A DNA stretch of 64,000 bases from Podarcis bocagei (Eukaryota). Below the pieces are notes generated by a model that was not told the origin of the DNA, made no database searches, and saw nothing but the letters and a program-made list of their open reading frames with translations. The stretch lies in NCBI GenBank assembly GCA_964188305.1, contig OZ076885.1; one strand, written 5' to 3'. Of the stretch, positions 59,501 through 64,000 are shown one piece after another. The first letter of the stretch is position 1. Every line of letters starts with the position of its first letter. The translations under genes were made by a program, and so were the position numbers.

Positions 59501-61828
59501 AGACAGAATATCCCTAAACCTGCAAGATACAACCTCCTTTTAGGCATATTAAATTGAATTAATTTGGTTCGATTTGTAACAATTTGGAAAATCAATAAAA
59601 ATAATTGGCAAAAAACAAACCTGCTTTTAGGCAACCAAGGAGAAATAAATATGGAGTTATTTTCCTTCCTATAGAATACAGTATAAACAGCATTTCATGT
59701 TTTGATTGTTGCAGCAGCAAATGATGTAGTGGGGCTGCACCACTTACCTGACCTCCGCTTGGCTGAGTCACTGCAACATGTTGGAACGGAGAGAAGGAGG
59801 GGTGTGGTGGCGGCAAGGTCAATCCAGTGCTCCCTCCCGCTGGTGGATTTGCACTGTGTTGTCATAATTGCCACTGTGCCCCTCCCCTTCTCCATCCCGG
59901 TATGTTGGAGTGACTCAGCCAGATGGGAGGTCAGATGGGTGGCGCAGTCCCACCATGTCACCCGCTGCTGCATTGTTCTCTAATATCAGACTTACCTCAG
60001 ACACATAAATAAATTCTATAAATCTGTAAAGCTATAGCTGAGGTCTGAGGAGCAGCAAACTAGTCTGCTTCTGCCTACATATATGTAAAACAAATACCAT
60101 TATCAGAATTTCTCCAAGAAAGATGGCAAGGCAAAAGTGAGTGTGTTGTTAAGTAATAAGAGTTACAATGGTATTTCATGCCATCAGGCAAGGATAGGGC
60201 CAACCCAAGAAGAAGAAGAAGAGTTTGGATTTGATATCCCGCCTTTCACTCCCTTTAAGGAGTCTCAAAGCGGCTAACATTCTCCTTTCCCTTCCTCCCC
60301 CACAACAAACACTCTGCGAGGTGAGTGGGGCTGAGAGACTTCAAAGAAGTGTGACTGGCCCAAGGTCACCCAGCAGCTGCATGTGGAGGAGCGGAGACGC
60401 GAACCCTGTTCCCCAGATTACGAGACTACCGCTCTTAACCACTACACCACACTGGCTCTCAACCCAAGGCATTTGGCTGCCTTAAGCAAAGGGCGAGAAC
60501 TTTCATCCTCTCATTCCCATTCCATGTAGAAAAGCTCAGCAGGCGATTGAATCTTATTTCAACATCCTCCACTGCATCTTAAGGGCAGTGACTTTAGTGG
60601 GTGAAGGATTCCCTGCCCTTCAGTATTTGCTACCTGAGGCAGCTGCCTTACTCTGTCTCATGGTAGGGCCGGCCCTTGGTAAGGGTGAGCTGATGTTATT
60701 TTACCTTATGTTACAGATTTGAATTATAATACTCTCCCCAGCAAAATCTATGGAAGTATGATTAAGATATTATTTAACATAAATAATTTGCTTTAATTAA
60801 AACTAATTCCACACCTGAATTTAGTAGGTTCTGATTTTAAGCCTGAAGGGCGGGGACATTAACTTGAGGACCTTAGAATAAAACAAAGTGTGTCAAATAT
60901 ATATGTTCTATACATGCATTTCGACTTTTAGTTTTGAAGCAAGCTCTTTTATAGAACCTGATTTGGCAATGTTTTGTGCTATCAGAGCATTTGTCTTAAT
61001 TTATATCTCCCTCTGTAGCTGGTAATAACCAGATTATCATGATTCTGTACTATATGAAGGGAAGTGTCTAAGCCCTGGTCCCTCAGTGCTATGATTTAAA
61101 ATATAAAAGCAGCAGGCACAGAAAGGGGTTATTAAAGACTTTGAATAGAATAGGGCAGCTGTTACTGGGCTTCAAAGCACTTCAGTTATTTTAGCACGGT
61201 GCCAGTTTTGAAGAGGATGTGAAGGAGCTGGGAACCTGAGAGGAGACACTGTTTAGCCCACAGCAATTTCTTATGCAGTTAGGCACGGCTCCCAGCCTCT
61301 ACTGAGAGAAGCTGTCCAGAGCTTTTTAGAAAAACGATAATGCAGAACATAATGAAAATAATGAAATGAGGGACTGGAGGCAGTGTAGCACAAAATTGGA
61401 ATGAGTGGAGTAACTGCTGTTTGCCCCTTCCTCCTCATGGTTACCATGGGAAGTCAGTAACTTCTGAGTTAAAGTACATAGGATTGTGCTCTTTGGGTAA
61501 GAGCTTTATAAAAATTAGCTGTTGTTATGAAGAACAATAATAATAATTTGTGTTTTGTTCAGGTTATAATAAACCATTGGTTGAAAATGAAAAATGCTAC
61601 TGCTTAGCAAATGTTACTGAATGTTTTCCCTCCCATTGGTACTGTCTCTTCCCTGCCCTAGACTTCATTCACTTTATCCTGGGCGACGTACCTTTTAGCA
61701 AAGCACCCGGAAGTGCAACATTCTGTCTATAAAGAGATAGTCAATAACTTGGGGAAAGATAAAATCCCTGATGCACATGACGTCCCCAACTTACCAATGA
61801 TCAGAGCCCTTCTCAAAGAAACCTTGAG
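45563..61828 (+). CDS. CYP27C1: CYP27C1 mitochondrial cytochrome P450 (retinoid 3,4-desaturase), exons 1-6; remainder beyond window
   Basis: join(45563..45922,55005..55195,56923..57122,58162..58371,59070..59233,61662..61828) is open. Arg-rich presequence, MPGP hinge, DGFSRIHEIQQKH, WxxxR (WLKMR), I-helix AGVDTT, K-helix ETLR. Position next to ERCC3 as in other vertebrates. Confidence 0.95.
46420..47520. promoter_or_regulatory. Second CpG island in CYP27C1 intron 1
   Basis: Dense CpG and GC boxes, separated from the exon-1 island by an AT-rich gap (46120-46400). Confidence 0.7.
47548..47585. repeat. (CT)n microsatellite
   Basis: Direct reading. Confidence 0.95.
50042..50378 (-). mobile_element. 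RTE/BovB LINE 3' end
   Basis: YFGHLMRREDFLEKTLMLGKIEGTRRRRRQRTRWLD; (CAA)n tail; TSD TTCCAGAAGCAT/TTCCACAAGCAT. Confidence 0.9.
52330..53970 (+). mobile_element. Decayed L2 RT region with nested MITEs (~52758-52993, 53106-53404)
   Basis: LLLLDLSAVFDTIGHSILL; KLQLEQNIADRLLTG...PVLRVLHWLP; AFTAVAPALWNNL. Confidence 0.8.
53106..53404. mobile_element. hAT Charlie-type MITE nested in L2
   Basis: CAGGGGTAGGCAACCT...AGGTTGCTGACCCCTG; partial TSD ATCTA; internal ~65-bp direct repeat. Confidence 0.8.
54042..54281. mobile_element. Tc1/mariner MITE related to 27121-27371
   Basis: TA|CAGTGGTACCTCGGTTCT...AGAACCAAGGTACCACTG|TA. Confidence 0.85.
55005..55195 (+). CDS. CYP27C1: CYP27C1 exon 2
   Basis: catag|CAGAAG...TCTGC|gtgagt; QKHVREYGKIFKSHFGP...GRATGLISA. 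Confidence 0.93.
56923..57122 (+). CDS. CYP27C1: CYP27C1 exon 3
   Basis: ttccag|AGAA...GAAG|gtgaga; EGEQWLKMRRVLRQK...FKYSME. Confidence 0.94.
57662..57967. mobile_element. Non-autonomous hAT element (same family as 18978-19407)
   Basis: TIRs plus perfect 8-bp TSD GTGTAAAT (57654-57661, 57968-57975). Confidence 0.9.
58162..58371 (+). CDS. CYP27C1: CYP27C1 exon 4
   Basis: ctgtag|GA...TTTA|gtaagt; VATVLYECRLGCLEN...SWDGLFRF. Confidence 0.94.
59070..59233 (+). CDS. CYP27C1: CYP27C1 exon 5
   Basis: acaaag|GT...GATACA|gtaggt; QIHVDNKL...MLLAGVDT. Confidence 0.93.
59710..59972. mobile_element. Fold-back element/MITE with ~70-bp inverted arms
   Basis: 59710-59780 is a diverged reverse complement of 59901-59972. 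Confidence 0.7.
60195..60677. mobile_element. Old hAT-like MITE interrupted by a SINE
   Basis: tagggccaacccaag...tagggccggccctt; flanks GGCAAGGA/GGTAAGGG. Confidence 0.55.
60210..60460 (-). mobile_element. Young full-length tRNA-derived SINE (Squam3-like)
   Basis: Minus-strand head GAGAGCCAGTGTGGTGTAGTGG (A box), (CTT)n tail, TSD AACCCAAG (60202-60209, 60461-60468). Confidence 0.85.
61662..61828 (+). CDS. CYP27C1: CYP27C1 exon 6
   Basis: ccctag|ACT...TTGAG|gtaagt; TSFTLSWATYLLAKHPEVQ...LLKETLR. Confidence 0.94.
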
Positions 61829-63199
61829 GTAAGTGCAGAAAAACTAAGTTGACCATTAAACGTTTTTGTTCCTTTCTTGTTTTGTGTCTTTGTTTTAGCT
61901 AAATTGCAATTGTGTTTTTTAACCCCCCTTCATTATTTGTATTAGGGTATGTCACACTATTCTCTGTAGTTTTAAATAGTGATTTATGGTTGCACCTCAA
62001 TGCACATTTACAAAAGCAAGCAACGTTGACTTCAACTGGACATTTTTGCTGAATAAGCAGACTTTGAATTGGGCTGTAGGTTCCCTACATTGCAGAGAAG
62101 CTTCTCTGAGTTCCTTTTGACTTAAATATTCAGAGTACTGTGCCAGTAGGTTCAAAAACTTGCTCCACCTGCAGCTTCACAAAGTTGCCATAGTTCTTTA
62201 AACTAAGTGATTTTTTTTTACATAATGTGCTCTTATTTCAAGAGAGTCTGTTTGCATACTCCTCTCCCATTCCCTATCATATGCAACGAGAGAAGATTGG
62301 GAACTTCTACTATATCTTTTCAACTAACCACTGTCCCCCTTATGTCTGAATGCAGGAAACTGTGGTATGTTCTTAGTGTGGTTAGTTAAAACAAACCAGT
62401 TTTAAACTGTGGCATTATATCCTAGTTTGCTAACCAGTCACACTTAGAAAAAAACCATGGTTTCCCAAAATTCAGATGTAATGGAAACCTTGGCTTTCTG
62501 TTTCTTGTGCATGGAGAGAAAACATATGAGCCTGAGGCTTATGCAGGCTCATTATTGCAACAGGAAACCATGGGTTCCTACTTCACCTGAATAAAATCTA
62601 GTCAGCTGCCTCAATGAAGATTACAAGGAAGGTATGGTGGAGAAAGACACTATTTTAGTTAGTAAAGATAGTTGGTTGTAGACTGTCTTTGAAGATAGAC
62701 TTTCCCTTTTAACTTGTATGGCTAATAGTTATTGATAGACTATTCTCAATGAAGTTGGATAATTCTTTTTGAAAGACAGTTTATGCTAGTAACCAGCATA
62801 GGATCAAGTGGCAATAGTGGACAAGTACGATACAAAACTAAGAAACAAGCATTTCTTAATTTGATATGTTTTGCATGAGATGGAACTCCTCTCATGTTTA
62901 TCTGATCAGTTTGTGGTTTGTGAACAGAACAAAACAATTTTGTAAACTTCTTGCATATCTTCTCTAACGGCACAATCAGATGCACATTTACTTAGAAGTA
63001 AGTTCTATGGTGTTCAGTAGAGATTACTCCCTAGTAGGTGTGTTTAGGATTATAGCTGCAGTTATGATAGTAATAATACTCTATCTCCTTCAGTATTTTA
63101 GGCTGCCATCCTATGCATTAACCCCACTGAATATAGTGAGATTTACTTCTGAGTAAACATGTATAATTTTATATTGCAAATTGCTCTTTTCTATGTTTT

Positions 63200-63475
63200 C
63201 TCCAGCTTGACATTACTCTTACTGAGATGGGGTGAGACGACTGCATCATGGATTTAAAAAATGGCATTATGATACTTCCATTTAAGTGTAGCCCCTTTTC
63301 TAATATTGAGTTTATCTTCTTCTTTGCTGTAGGACTATGAGTTTTCTATGATACACCCAAGATCCTGTATGGTTTTAGCCAATCTAGATTCTATATATGA
63401 AACTAGGAACATTTATCATTTTACTTCCATTGAATTTCATCTGTCAGTCTGTTACCCAATCACTCAGTTTGTTAT
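63200..63475 (-). mobile_element. Old CR1 RT fragment; other old CR1 remnants at ~18610-18800(+), ~24400-24620(-), ~38850-39000(-)
   Basis: acacccaagatc...ttccattgaatttcatctg...acccaatcactcagtttg, typical of antisense CR1. Confidence 0.55.
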
Positions 63476-63619
63476 AGTAGTAGTTGCTGCTGCTGTTGCT
63501 GCTGTCGTTGTTGTTAGTATTAGTAGTGGTTTATTACATTTACTTGGTGCTTACTACAAATTTATGTACAATTATAAAAACAATATATTACAAAATTTCA
63601 AATACATAAAAAGAACACT

Positions 63620-64000
63620 AATTAACTAAAAGCAACTGCCCATCCCCCTCTTTACTACTTTTTATCAGCCATGAAGGGCATGGGTTAAGAGCACATGTGA
63701 TTGTCCACACCAATCCACACACCTTGTTCATGTCCTCGAGCCATACCAACTGAAGCTCATCTGAAAAAACAGAGCCAGATAATGTTCTAAATGTCTCTTG
63801 AGATTCACCTGCTATAATAGCGAAGTCAATGTCTTCATGGATGCAGGCAACTCTATTCTCAAAATGATTTGCAAACAAGTTATAATGAGCCACCATTGGT
63901 TCCACCAACTTTTTAGAGTCAGAATATAAAATGTCCTGCAGTATCTGGGAAAGTTCTACTGGATATAATAGTGCTGACTTCATTGCCACTGAGTAGGCTT
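63620..64000 (-). mobile_element. L2 ORF2 fragment (pre-RT region)
   Basis: FANHFENRVACIHEDID...TCALNPCPSWLIK. Confidence 0.7.

Noticed and set aside
59455-59520. 5S rRNA-like aagcagggctggccc
   Set aside because: Match too short and degenerate to support a 5S gene or 5S-SINE.

Overview
Vertebrate genomic DNA, almost certainly a squamate reptile and probably a lacertid lizard (lacertid-type Sauria SINE, Squam3-like SINEs, BovB, L2, CR1, Penelope-like elements). Three head-to-tail + strand genes appear in the same order as in mammals: (1) the last five coding exons of MAP3K2/MEKK2 (kinase domain, stop 4985-4987) plus a probable ~12 kb 3' UTR; (2) a complete 15-exon ERCC3/XPB gene (ATG 19922, stop 37218-37220, 780 aa) with a CpG-island promoter and a GC-AG intron 14; (3) exons 1-6 of CYP27C1, the vitamin A1-to-A2 3,4-desaturase (ATG 45563; the heme-Cys exons lie beyond the window). 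Most ORFs in the supplied track are spurious, TE-derived or exon read-through. Most interesting non-genic signals: a TSD-flanked Penelope-like element carrying a minimal type I hammerhead ribozyme in the sense orientation ~1.3 kb past the ERCC3 poly(A) signal; two decayed hammerhead relics, one split by a hAT MITE just upstream of the ERCC3 promoter; a candidate thyroid-hormone DR4 + MITF M-box + OTX module upstream of CYP27C1; a second CpG island in CYP27C1 intron 1 with an E-box/UPRE palindrome; and a fold-back element with mirrored ARE/AP-1 and nuclear-receptor sites in CYP27C1 intron 5. I found no evidence of a wholly new gene system. All calls come from manual reading. TE family names and human comparisons are from recalled consensus sequences and need database confirmation; old-repeat boundaries are approximate.
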